A stretch of DNA of 64,000 nucleotides from Candidatus Parcubacteria bacterium (GCA_002869165.1 PKTK01000003.1:20195-84194), one strand, 5' to 3'. Shown: positions 44,282-56,014, counted from the first letter of the stretch. Notes: a model not told the origin generated them from the sequence alone. Numbers and translations: made by a program.

Positions 44282-45091
44282 GTGGTTTATTTACTGTTTA
44301 CATTCATTTTCACCCTGGGTCTTATGATAGGCTCTTTTTTGAATTGTCTGATTTGGCGTTTGCATACCGGGGAAGGGATGATGGATAGGTCACGGTGCCC
44401 GAAATGTAAGCATAAAATTTCTTGGTATGACAATATTCCAGTACTGTCATATCTTTTTTTGCTAGGGAAATGTCGACACTGTAAGGAGGGGATTTCTTGG
44501 CAGTACCCAGTAGTTGAGTTTGTGACAGGAGTATTGTTTTTGCTGGCATTTATGGTAGAATTTCCAATTGATTTTGAAATCCTAAATCTTACATCATTTT
44601 TCATAATTATAAAAAGCTGGTTTGTGATATCGGTAATGATTATAGTTTTTATTTATGATCTTAGGTGGTATTTAATACTTGACAGAGTGATGATCCCATC
44701 ATTTATTATTGTTTTTTTGCTTAATTTAGCCAGTGGATATCTCTCGGGAAACCTGGTGGAAATTTTGTGGAAATCTTTGATTTGTGGTATAATAGGAGGG
44801 AGCTTCTTTTTAATCCAATTTTTAATTTCCAAAGGCAAGTGGATTGGAGGCGGTGATATCAGGCTAGGCTTTTTGATGGGCCTTGTCCTTTTGTGGCCTG
44901 GTGTTATTATCGCTTTAATGTTAGCCTATATTTCTGGTGCCATAATTTCTGTATTTCTTATAATGATTGGCAAAAAGAAATGGGGAAGCCAAGTTCCTTT
45001 TGGGATTTTTTTATCCACAGCTACGATTGTGACAATGTTCTGGGGACAAGTATTGGCTGATTGGTATTTGAATTTAATTTTAGTTACCTAA
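44282..45091 (+). CDS. pilD: Prepilin peptidase PilD (A24 family)
   Basis: N-terminal CxxC...CxxC zinc motif, multiple TM segments and GGGDIRLG. GTG start. Confidence 0.9.
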   Translation: MVYLLFTFIFTLGLMIGSFLNCLIWRLHTGEGMMDRSRCPKCKHKISWYDNIPVLSYLFLLGKCRHCKEGISWQYPVVEFVTGVLFLLAFMVEFPIDFEILNLTSFFIIIKSWFVISVMIIVFIYDLRWYLILDRVMIPSFIIVFLLNLASGYLSGNLVEILWKSLICGIIGGSFFLIQFLISKGKWIGGGDIRLGFLMGLVLLWPGVIIALMLAYISGAIISVFLIMIGKKKWGSQVPFGIFLSTATIVTMFWGQVLADWYLNLILVT

Positions 45092-45098
45092 AATAATG

Positions 45099-45170
45099 AT
45101 TTAGGAAGTAAGATTTATGAATTAAGAAAAATTTTTCTTAAATCATAAATCATAAATCTTAAATCTAAAT
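45099..45170. repeat. ORF-less long AT-rich hairpin between pilD and the 773-aa gene
   Basis: GATTTATGAATTAAGAAAAA (45112-45131) pairs with TTTTTCTTAAATCATAAATC (45132-45151), one mismatch in 20. The outer arms pair imperfectly. Confidence 0.7.
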
Positions 45171-45179
45171 ATACTCTCT

Positions 45180-47501
45180 ATGCTTTATAAAAAAACTGAA
45201 AAATTTTTATTTTTTTCACTGGTGTTTTTGTTTATTTTTGGCGCCAGTCTTTTTGTATTAAATTCCAAAAAAGCTTCAGCTACTACTTGGGATCCTAGTA
45301 ATCCTGATAATACCCACAATCTATCAGGTTTTGCTTGGGCTGATACTATAGGTTGGATTTCTTTCAATTCAGCTAATTGTGATTCTGATGATAACGGCTT
45401 AACTGATAAGGGTAATTATGCTAATTGTCAAATGTTAGTGCCAGGGGGAGATCCGGTAAATCCAACTTGGGGAGTAACAATTGACAGAACAACTAAAGAG
45501 ATGACAGGTTATGCCTGGAGTTCCAATGTTGGCTGGATTTGTTTTGGTACCTCTTGTACAGGACCAGCAGTTACAGCAAGTGGTAATGATACAGCTGATG
45601 CATATTTTTACCCAAATTATATAGATGGTTATGCTCAAGTAGTATCTCTTGGGGATGATGGTTGGATAAGCTTGGATGGCGCTACATATGGTGTTACCTG
45701 GAATCAAACTAACTTAGAGCTTGAAGGTTATGCTTGGAATGGAAATGATACTGCTGGAGTGGGTATTGGCTGGATTTCTTTTAATGCTAATAATTGCGAC
45801 ACCGACGATAATGGATTCATTGATGTTGGTTGTGGCGGAGATAACGCTACGGATGTAGTAACTGATTACTATGTGATTGCAAACTTAAACCTCCCTCCTA
45901 CGTATATTGATGCAGGACTTTATGAACCTGTTCCATCGGATGTTGAGCTTGATCCTACAGTTACATATTTTGCAGAGGGTGACAATGTTTCCTTTAGAGC
46001 AGAGTGGAGTGAAATAAACTTAACAGATCATGTAATAGCATATTTTTGTAAACATGATGATGATATTGATAATTCTAGCGGAACTTATGATACTTGGAGA
46101 TGTAATGATAGGGATGGCAATGGTAACTTGAATGAAGATCATTGGTGTGCCTCAGCTCCAGTTCAGTACAATGGTACAGATTTTCCGCTGGCTGAGTGTA
46201 GCAAGACTCTTAGCTCTGCTGATATTGGAAGTTTCGGTGCCAAGAATATTTTTGTTACTTTGTGTGATGAATGGGGTGAATGCGTTGGCCCATATCAAAT
46301 AGATGATTTGAATACCAATGACGCGCCAGATATTGACGGTTTTAGCGGTGTGAATGCTGATGGAGATGAATGGGCAACAGCTCCATATCTGGATGATGGA
46401 GTGGATGATGAGATTATTCATTTCTCTGTTGATTGGACTGATACTTTGAATAATGGATTTATGAATTTGCGAATATGTAAATCAAATAATTTTACTGAAT
46501 CAACTATGACCTGTGATGATGATAGTTGGTGTGAATTAGACGGATCTTCAACAGGCGGAGCTAATTCTGGTACATTGGGATGCGAATATACAGCTTTAGA
46601 ATCTGATGCTGGTGATAATGATTACTATGTATATGTATGTGATTATTATGGAACCTGCACTAGTGATCCTGGTGATGATTCCAATAAAGGATCTTTTCTT
46701 GTTAACCTTCGACCTGAAGTTACTGTGATGAGTGCACCAAACTTTGGTCCTGATGCAGCTTGTAAAAATGATGTAGATGACAAAGATTTGCAAGTTGGAC
46801 TTTATTGGACTGTATCTGATGGAGATAGTGGAAGCGAAATCAAAAAAGTATCAGTATATGTAGATAGAGTCAGTGATACTTATCAGATCGAGTTAGATGA
46901 CGATGAATTGACAAATGATTGTGCTACAAATCCATCTAATAATAATTGTGAATCAGTAATAAGCTCCGCTCTGTATCCTAATATTGGCTGGGGAGAGAGT
47001 TATACTTGGCAGGTACGGGTAAATGATGGTTATGCTTGGTCTGATTGGAGAAATTTTGATCATAGTGCAGGTGATACCTTGACAAATGATTCAGGCGCAA
47101 ACGCAGATTCTGTAAATGGAGACAATACCACTTTCACAACTTATGCTCACAATTTCCCAGTACCAATTCCTGATGGCACTAGTGTTGGTTTCCAGCCTGA
47201 TCCGCCAAGTGCTGGAGAGGAGACTAAGTTAACACCACCTTCTGTTTATTATGAGGCAAATAAGTTTGGCTCTGATACTACAGATTGTTCAGGTATTTGT
47301 AGTTATAACTGGTCGGTTACCGATGGATCATTTGTTGATTCTTCAGAAACAGAGGAAATTCCTAGAATGATATTTAATAACGACGGAGATACAGAAGGTT
47401 ATGGATTTACCGTAACTGACCCAGATGGTTATACATGTTCAACAGGAGATTTGGACGCGGATGTCAACAAAGATCTGCCTTCTTGGACGGAAACTTATTA
47501 G
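45180..47501 (+). CDS. Large secreted pilus-cluster protein with G(Y/F)AW..(I/V)GWI(S/C)F repeats
   Basis: N-terminal anchor. Three copies occur: LSGFAWADTIGWISFNSANCDSDDNG, MTGYAWSSNVGWICFG and LEGYAWNGNDTAGVGIGWISFNANNCDTDDNG. The rest is acidic and Cys-containing. Confidence 0.7.
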   Translation: MLYKKTEKFLFFSLVFLFIFGASLFVLNSKKASATTWDPSNPDNTHNLSGFAWADTIGWISFNSANCDSDDNGLTDKGNYANCQMLVPGGDPVNPTWGVTIDRTTKEMTGYAWSSNVGWICFGTSCTGPAVTASGNDTADAYFYPNYIDGYAQVVSLGDDGWISLDGATYGVTWNQTNLELEGYAWNGNDTAGVGIGWISFNANNCDTDDNGFIDVGCGGDNATDVVTDYYVIANLNLPPTYIDAGLYEPVPSDVELDPTVTYFAEGDNVSFRAEWSEINLTDHVIAYFCKHDDDIDNSSGTYDTWRCNDRDGNGNLNEDHWCASAPVQYNGTDFPLAECSKTLSSADIGSFGAKNIFVTLCDEWGECVGPYQIDDLNTNDAPDIDGFSGVNADGDEWATAPYLDDGVDDEIIHFSVDWTDTLNNGFMNLRICKSNNFTESTMTCDDDSWCELDGSSTGGANSGTLGCEYTALESDAGDNDYYVYVCDYYGTCTSDPGDDSNKGSFLVNLRPEVTVMSAPNFGPDAACKNDVDDKDLQVGLYWTVSDGDSGSEIKKVSVYVDRVSDTYQIELDDDELTNDCATNPSNNNCESVISSALYPNIGWGESYTWQVRVNDGYAWSDWRNFDHSAGDTLTNDSGANADSVNGDNTTFTTYAHNFPVPIPDGTSVGFQPDPPSAGEETKLTPPSVYYEANKFGSDTTDCSGICSYNWSVTDGSFVDSSETEEIPRMIFNNDGDTEGYGFTVTDPDGYTCSTGDLDADVNKDLPSWTETY

Positions 47502-47550
47502 TTTATCAATGGGCTTAGCTTGTAGCTAGCTGAGCCCTCTTCTTATATAA

Positions 47551-48126
47551 ATGATTACAAAGAGGATAAAACAGAATAAAACAGGAGCTTCTATTGTGGA
47601 AATGTTAGTAGTGATATCGATACTTGTTACGATGTCAGCTGCTATGTTTTTGGGTGTGCGAAGTGTTGGTGGTGTGCAAAAACTGGCCATGTCTACTCAG
47701 CAACTTGCTAGTGATATTAGACTCATGCAAAGCAATGTTTTGAATTTGCGAGATTTTAATGGTACTTTTCCTGATGGTGGATGGGGGGTTTTTATTAACA
47801 AGGCGACTAGCACCAATTATATTATGTTTGCTGACCTTGACGATGTTGACTATATGAATGGTGATAATAGTACTTATGATCAATCTACAGAAACATATCG
47901 AACAGTGGAAATGACTGGTGGCGTAGAGATCAAAGAAATTCTGGTAGATGACGCACCAGTAAATTCATTCTTAGTTGCATATATTCCACCAGAGCCTTTG
48001 GTAAATATTTGTGATGATGCAGGGATTTGCGGTTATAATAAAGTAGAGATAACTTTGGCAAATTTTGACAATGACCCAAAAATTATTGATATTAATAAAT
48101 ACGGCTTAATTGATATTCAAAACTAA
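47551..48126 (+). CDS. Minor (pseudo)pilin
   Basis: Prepilin-type N-terminus NKTG|ASIVEMLVVISIL. Confidence 0.7.
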   Translation: MITKRIKQNKTGASIVEMLVVISILVTMSAAMFLGVRSVGGVQKLAMSTQQLASDIRLMQSNVLNLRDFNGTFPDGGWGVFINKATSTNYIMFADLDDVDYMNGDNSTYDQSTETYRTVEMTGGVEIKEILVDDAPVNSFLVAYIPPEPLVNICDDAGICGYNKVEITLANFDNDPKIIDINKYGLIDIQN

Positions 48127-48665
48127 TGAAGAAATCATTACTAAAAAATAATCAAGGTTTTACACTAATTGAATTGTTGGTTTCTTTTATAATAATCACA
48201 TCTTCTGTTTTGGGGATTTTTTCGTTGATTATCCAGAATATTCAAGTGCAAAAAATAAACAAAGACCAGTTAATTGCCTCACAGCTTGCTCAAGAAGGCC
48301 TGGAGCTAGTTAGAAATATTAGAGACTATAATTGGTTGCATGATGATATTTATGATACCTGGTACGGAATTACAGGTGGATCATCCGTAGAGTTTTCTAT
48401 TATTGATTATAATGATTCAGCTGAAGCTGGAGTAACTCCAGTTACTGGTATTAGTGATCCTCAGACACGTTTATATAAAAATGCGAATGGTTTTTATACT
48501 CATGATGTTACGGGCACAGCCACGCAATTTTCTCGAGTTATAAAAATTGAATATGATGATATTACTTCTCCTGAGCAAATAATGGTTGAGAGCAATGTGC
48601 AATGGGAAATAAATGGAAAAACATATAATTATATAGCTGATACAATATTGTATGATTGGAGATAA
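48126..48665 (+). CDS. Minor pilin (PilV-like)
   Basis: NNQG|FTLIELLVSFIII. Confidence 0.75.
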   Translation: MKKSLLKNNQGFTLIELLVSFIIITSSVLGIFSLIIQNIQVQKINKDQLIASQLAQEGLELVRNIRDYNWLHDDIYDTWYGITGGSSVEFSIIDYNDSAEAGVTPVTGISDPQTRLYKNANGFYTHDVTGTATQFSRVIKIEYDDITSPEQIMVESNVQWEINGKTYNYIADTILYDWR

Positions 48666-49215
48666 AATAATTACAAACAAAAAGGCCTACACTTTGGTAG
48701 AATTAATGGTTTCTATTGCGGTTTTTATAATGCTTATGCTTACTGCTACGTCAATATTTCAGTCGGTAAATAAAAATCAAGTCAATGCCATTGCAGCGCA
48801 AAGTGTACAAGAGAGCATGCGTTTTGCTTTGGAGATGATGAGTAAAGAGCTTAGATCAGCGCAGAAAAGTAATGATGATTGTGTCGGAGGTGTAACAAAT
48901 AAGGTATATAATTTTGAAAATATCGGAGCTCCTTATAATGATTCATTGATATTTAAGAATAGATTTGGGGAGTGTGTGTATTATTGTATTGACGGAGGCA
49001 GGTTGATGGTAGTAAGAAACGGTACTAGTTTGGCTATTACTCCCGATGAAGTTATAATAAGCAATCTTGAAGTTGATATTGTAGATGATGTAATTGGGGC
49101 TTTTCACAGTATACAGCCAAAAGTTACTATCAAGTTTGATTCGGTTATGAACCATCCGACAGATAAATATAATATGTCTATGCAAACAAGTATTTCAAGC
49201 AGATATTATGAATAA
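48652..49215 (+). CDS. Minor pilin (PilW-like)
   Basis: NKKA|YTLVELMVSIAVF. Confidence 0.7.
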   Translation: MIGDKIITNKKAYTLVELMVSIAVFIMLMLTATSIFQSVNKNQVNAIAAQSVQESMRFALEMMSKELRSAQKSNDDCVGGVTNKVYNFENIGAPYNDSLIFKNRFGECVYYCIDGGRLMVVRNGTSLAITPDEVIISNLEVDIVDDVIGAFHSIQPKVTIKFDSVMNHPTDKYNMSMQTSISSRYYE

Positions 49216-49678
49216 AATAATTAAAAACAATCAAGGCGCAACTGCTATTCTTTTTACCATGCTGGTTTTATCAGCTATGCTTTTTGTCGCCTTGACTGCT
49301 AGTAATATAATTCAGAATGGTCTCAAGATGAGTCAAGCACATTTGAACTCAACCAAGGCTTATTATGGTGCTGAAGCAGGGGCTGAGAAAGTGCTTTGGG
49401 AAATAAGAAAGAATGGTCAGGATCCTATAGAGAATGCTTGGGATGGTTCCGGTGGTCAGTGTATAGAATTTGATGCTTATCCTAGCGGCGTTATTCACCC
49501 TGATCATACAGCTCTCTGTAATACTGTGTCTAGTGATATAATTAAGCAAGAATTAGACAATGAGGTGATATATAGAATAGAATATAGCTATAGTGGCGGT
49601 AGAGTTAGATTTAAAAATGTTGGAAATTATCATGATGTTACTCAGAGAGTGGTGGAGGTTACATATGTGGATAATTAG
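49208..49678 (+). CDS. Minor pilin (PilX-like)
   Basis: N-terminal hydrophobic helix NNQGATAILFTMLVLSAML; last gene of the minor pilin set. Confidence 0.6.
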   Translation: MNKIIKNNQGATAILFTMLVLSAMLFVALTASNIIQNGLKMSQAHLNSTKAYYGAEAGAEKVLWEIRKNGQDPIENAWDGSGGQCIEFDAYPSGVIHPDHTALCNTVSSDIIKQELDNEVIYRIEYSYSGGRVRFKNVGNYHDVTQRVVEVTYVDN

Positions 49679-49770
49679 CTTGGAAAATATTGTTTAGATA
49701 AAAAAGACTTGGCATAGACCAAGTTTTTTTGATATAATAAAAGCATATAATATTAGCTAAAAATTTAGAA

Positions 49771-49821
49771 ATTTCCCGACCTCCGAGGTCTGCAAGTTGC
49801 AGACCTCGGAGGTCGGGAAAT
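49771..49821. repeat. 51-bp perfect palindrome (25-bp arms) 8 nt upstream of the ligA ATG
   Basis: ATTTCCCGACCTCCGAGGTCTGCAA-G-TTGCAGACCTCGGAGGTCGGGAAAT. Confidence 0.85.
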
Positions 49822-49826
49822 ATTAA

Positions 49827-52450
<2,624 letters not shown>

Positions 52451-52459
52451 AAATATAAT

Positions 52460-52750
52460 ATGAAATTACAAAAAAAAGACATTCAACATATTGCGAAATT
52501 AGCTCGTCTTGAATTGACTGAAAAGGAGTATGATTTGTATGGAGAGCAATTGTCAGGCGTTTTAGAATTTATTGATAAACTTAGTGAGGTTAATACTGAT
52601 AACGTAGAGCCAACTGCTCAAGTAACAGGTCTTCTTAATATTTTGCGTGAAGACAAGGTCATGGATTGGAATGAGAAAGAACAAGCTGATGCTTTTAAGG
52701 AAGCGCCAAATTTTGAGGACAATCAATACAAAGTTAAGAGAGTGCTCTAA
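52460..52750 (+). CDS. gatC: Asp/Glu-tRNA amidotransferase subunit C
   Basis: IQHIAKLARLELTEKE...EVNTDNVEPT is the GatC pattern. Confidence 0.9.
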   Translation: MKLQKKDIQHIAKLARLELTEKEYDLYGEQLSGVLEFIDKLSEVNTDNVEPTAQVTGLLNILREDKVMDWNEKEQADAFKEAPNFEDNQYKVKRVL

Positions 52751-52778
52751 TTAACTATCAATTATAATTACGAATTTT

Positions 52779-54230
52779 ATGAAACTTAATGAATTAAATA
52801 TTAGAGAAGCGCAAGCTAAATTGGTAGCAGGAGAGATTACTTCAGTGGATTTAACCAAGGCTTGTCTTGAGCGTATCAAAGAGGTGGATGAGAAGGTTCA
52901 TGCTTGTCTTAATGTATATGAGGAAATGGCTTTACTTGAAGCAAGAGAAGCCGATCTGCGAAGAGAAAAGGGTGAGAAGGGGGAGCTGTTAGGCATTCCG
53001 TATATTGCTAAGGATAATATTTTGGCCAGAGGAACAAAAACAACTGCCGCATCAAAGATATTAGAAAATTATACTGCCCCTTTTGATGCTACTATTATCA
53101 AAAGATTGAAGGAGCAGGGAGCAGTTTTGCTTGCCAAGGCAAATCTTGACGAGTTTGCTCATGGAGCAAGTACAGAAAACAGCGCCTTTGGTACAACTCA
53201 CAATCCTTGGGATTTGGAATGTGTGCCAGGTGGTTCATCTGGCGGCTCAGCTGCATCAGTTGCTTCTGATATGTGTATTTTTGCCTTGGGCACAGACACA
53301 GGCGGCTCTATTAGGCATCCTGCCAGTCTTTGTAATGTAGTAGGACTCAAGCCAAGCTATGGTAGGTCAAGTAGATTTGGTCTTATTGCTATGACTAGTT
53401 CTACCGATGTTCCTGGCCCGCTTTGTAAAAATGTAGAAGATTCAGCAATTGTCCTTGAAGCTATAGCTGGGCAAGACAAGAATGATGCAACTACAATTGA
53501 TAAAGAAGTTGATGACTACAAAGATAATTTGAAGAATGAAATAAAGGGAAAAAAGATTGGTATTTCACCTGAAATTGTAGGCCAACTTAGTGGCGAATCA
53601 AAAGAAATATTTGATGAAGCAAAGAAAAAGTTTGAAGAATTGGGAGCAGAGATTGTTGAAGTATCTCTTCCTAACGCCAAGTATGGTGTACCAGTTTATT
53701 ACATTATCACCCCTTCAGAGATTAGTTCAAACTTAGGCAGATTTGATGGTATTCGGTATGGAATGAGTAGTGAAGAGACTGAGGATCTAACCGAATTTTA
53801 TTCAAAAACAAGAGGCAAGGGCTTTGGCCCAGAAGTTAAACGTAGAATTATGCTTGGAACCTATGCTTTGTCGGCTGGATATTATGATGCTTATTATCTC
53901 AAAGCACAAAAAGTTCGTACTGTTATCAAGGAAGAACTTGATAGGGCATTGGAGGAAGTTGATGTTTTGATTACACCAACAGCAGCAGGACCTGCTTTCA
54001 AGATAGGAGAACAATCAGACGATCCATTGAAAATGTATCTTGAAGATATGTTTGTTTCACCTCCTTCTCTGGCTGGCCTTCCAGCTGTATCTATTCCAGC
54101 TGGATTTATAAATGATATGCCAGTTGGTATGCAAGTTATTGGAAAACGATTCGATGAGAAAACTGTTTTAAATTTTTCTTATATTTTTGAACAAGCCACA
54201 GATTATCACAAAAAGAAAGCTAAACTATAA
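52779..54230 (+). CDS. gatA: Asp/Glu-tRNA amidotransferase subunit A
   Basis: Amidase signature GGSSGGSAASVA and the catalytic Ser-cisSer-Lys context. Confidence 0.95.
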   Translation: MKLNELNIREAQAKLVAGEITSVDLTKACLERIKEVDEKVHACLNVYEEMALLEAREADLRREKGEKGELLGIPYIAKDNILARGTKTTAASKILENYTAPFDATIIKRLKEQGAVLLAKANLDEFAHGASTENSAFGTTHNPWDLECVPGGSSGGSAASVASDMCIFALGTDTGGSIRHPASLCNVVGLKPSYGRSSRFGLIAMTSSTDVPGPLCKNVEDSAIVLEAIAGQDKNDATTIDKEVDDYKDNLKNEIKGKKIGISPEIVGQLSGESKEIFDEAKKKFEELGAEIVEVSLPNAKYGVPVYYIITPSEISSNLGRFDGIRYGMSSEETEDLTEFYSKTRGKGFGPEVKRRIMLGTYALSAGYYDAYYLKAQKVRTVIKEELDRALEEVDVLITPTAAGPAFKIGEQSDDPLKMYLEDMFVSPPSLAGLPAVSIPAGFINDMPVGMQVIGKRFDEKTVLNFSYIFEQATDYHKKKAKL

Positions 54231-54233
54231 AAT

Positions 54234-54977
54234 ATGTCTATAAAAAAAATCGGGCCCATTATTGTTTTGTTTATTGGCTTGATTTTTTTGTTGCTGATTA
54301 ATTATTTTTTTTATTGTTATTTTATTGGGGATAAAGAAATTTCTCCAGAGGCGCAGTTACATGTAGACAAGGAGGCAATTTATGATTTTGGTGTGCAAAA
54401 TGAAGAGTTGGTATATGATTTTCATATTGGGAATAGTGATTTTGTGATGAGTGACAAGCAGTACGGTTTGGAAATAATTGTTTTTGATGATCCAAGCGGT
54501 CCCTTTGCCCCAGAATATTACCAGACTTTAAAGATGATAGATAATGAATATGATGAAGCTAAAATAGCTCTGCGATTGTTGCCTTTGGCTAGTCATGATT
54601 ATTCTAGACAGGCTAGCTTGGCCGTGCTTTGCGCTGGCGAACAAGGAAAGTTTTTTGAAGCTTATGAAGCAGTCCTAGATTTGAATATACAAAAACAGGT
54701 GAATATAGATAGTATAAAGTCAAAAACATCTGTGTTGGTAGATGATCTTGAGAGTTATAACAATTGTCTGGTTTCTTCAACTAGCATAGCAGCACTTGAA
54801 AAATGGGAAGAGCAAGCCGATGATAATGCAGTTATTGGCACCCCAAGCACTTTTATCGCTAATACTCCTTATCCAGGCGCATATCAGCTTGATGATTTTG
54901 TAGACACGGCCTGTCTTGAAAGAGAGGGCCTGTATACAATTATCAATGAAAAATTAAGAATGAAGAACGTAGAATAA
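54234..54977 (+). CDS. DsbA-like thioredoxin-fold protein lacking the CxxC active site
   Basis: N-terminal TM. FDDPSGPFAPEY stands where F.D..CP.C is expected. CAGEQGKFFEAYE and IGTPSTFI are DsbA-family motifs. Confidence 0.6.
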   Translation: MSIKKIGPIIVLFIGLIFLLLINYFFYCYFIGDKEISPEAQLHVDKEAIYDFGVQNEELVYDFHIGNSDFVMSDKQYGLEIIVFDDPSGPFAPEYYQTLKMIDNEYDEAKIALRLLPLASHDYSRQASLAVLCAGEQGKFFEAYEAVLDLNIQKQVNIDSIKSKTSVLVDDLESYNNCLVSSTSIAALEKWEEQADDNAVIGTPSTFIANTPYPGAYQLDDFVDTACLEREGLYTIINEKLRMKNVE

Positions 54978-54996
54978 AGAAACCCCTTTATTAGTT

Positions 54997-55060
54997 GTCA
55001 TTCTGAGCGTTAGCGAAGAATCTCTTAAACGTGGGTAACGGTAGGTCACTGCAAGTGACC
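54997..55060. repeat. G+C-rich hairpin elements after the DsbA-like gene
   Basis: GTCATTCTGAGCGTTAGCGAAGAATCTC (54997-55024) and GGTCAC-TGCAA-GTGACC (55044-55060). Confidence 0.65.
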
Positions 55061-55131
55061 GCCATCATGAACAGTACTTTTATCAGTATTTTTTTACTTA
55101 ATTACCTTTTTTATTAGCACACAGATTTTTA

Positions 55132-55258
55132 AAATATTTGTAAATAAAAAAGATGCACTAGCAGAAGAAAGATTTCTAAAAACTGGCAAAGGGAGAGAAA
55201 GAATTAAATATTTGTTAAAAAATTATTTTAAAAACAAGGATAATGGAAGGTTCGCCTA
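55132..55258 (+). repeat. Upstream copy of a perfect 127-bp direct repeat
   Basis: By my reading it is identical to 55451-55577. It contains the last 38 sense codons of the GIY-YIG gene, including the 5' 14 nt of tRNA-Ser(GGA) that the gene end overlaps. Confidence 0.85.
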
Positions 55259-55302
55259 CCCGACCAAGTCGGGCCCGCCTTGGGCGGGGAGGCCATTTAT
55301 TT

Positions 55303-55578
55303 ATGTATTACGTATATATATTGTATAGTAAAAAATTAGACTGCCTATACAAGGGAAGTTGTAGTGATATCAAAGAAAGATTTAAAAGACATAATAGCAG
55401 AAGATCAAAAACAACAAGTCGGGGAATACCTTGGAAATTAGTTCATTTGCAAATATTTGTAAATAAAAAAGATGCACTAGCAGAAGAAAGATTTCTAAAA
55501 ACTGGCAAAGGGAGAGAAAGAATTAAATATTTGTTAAAAAATTATTTTAAAAACAAGGATAATGGAAGGTTCGCCTAG
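55303..55578 (+). CDS. Small GIY-YIG (URI-domain) nuclease
   Basis: YYVYILYS....LYKGSCSDIKERFKRHN is the GIY-YIG motif set; 91 aa. The last five codons plus the stop overlap the tRNA-Ser 5' end. Confidence 0.8.
   Translation: MYYVYILYSKKLDCLYKGSCSDIKERFKRHNSRRSKTTSRGIPWKLVHLQIFVNKKDALAEERFLKTGKGRERIKYLLKNYFKNKDNGRFA
55451..55577 (+). repeat. Downstream copy of the 127-bp direct repeat
   Basis: See 55132-55258. The copies are spaced 319 bp apart. Confidence 0.85.
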
Positions 55579-55647
55579 AGGCCTATGGCGCCTGCTTGGA
55601 AAGCAGGTGAGTGCAAGCTCACGAGGGTTCGAATCCCTCACCTTCCG
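55564..55647 (+). tRNA. tRNA-Ser (anticodon GGA)
   Basis: Acceptor GGAAGGT/ACCTTCC, anticodon stem CCTGC/GCAGG with loop TTGGAAA, long variable arm, and T-arm GAGGG-TTCGAAT-CCCTC. Confidence 0.9.
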
Positions 55648-55731
55648 CATAAACAATATCTATGCTCTCTTAATAACAAGAGAGTTTTTAAAATAAAGAA
55701 AACAGGAAACTTTTGTTTCCTGTTGGTAATA

Positions 55732-55929
55732 TTACCTTGATTGCTTTTTAACTTCATCGAAAAACTCATAGCCAAAGACGTAAAGAAGAAGAATAAGGAT
55801 TGCAATTACAATATTTATTATTGTTGGAAGTTCTGGAATAAATTTTGAAAAATTATTGAGAAAAAAAATTAATGTTATTACCATTGGAAAACATAGATAC
55901 CACAAAAGAGTAGCCAAATTTTTGCTCAT
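55732..55929 (-). CDS. Small two-TM membrane protein
   Basis: AAGGAGA SD; hydrophobic 65-aa ORF; hairpin terminator downstream. Confidence 0.5.
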   Translation of the reverse strand: MSKNLATLLWYLCFPMVITLIFFLNNFSKFIPELPTIINIVIAILILLLYVFGYEFFDEVKKQSR

Positions 55930-56014
55930 AATTGTCTCCTTATTATTGATATTTGTATAAAAAACATTGTTAAAAAGAAACTAACATATATTCGAAAAAA
56001 CGTCAAATAAAAAC

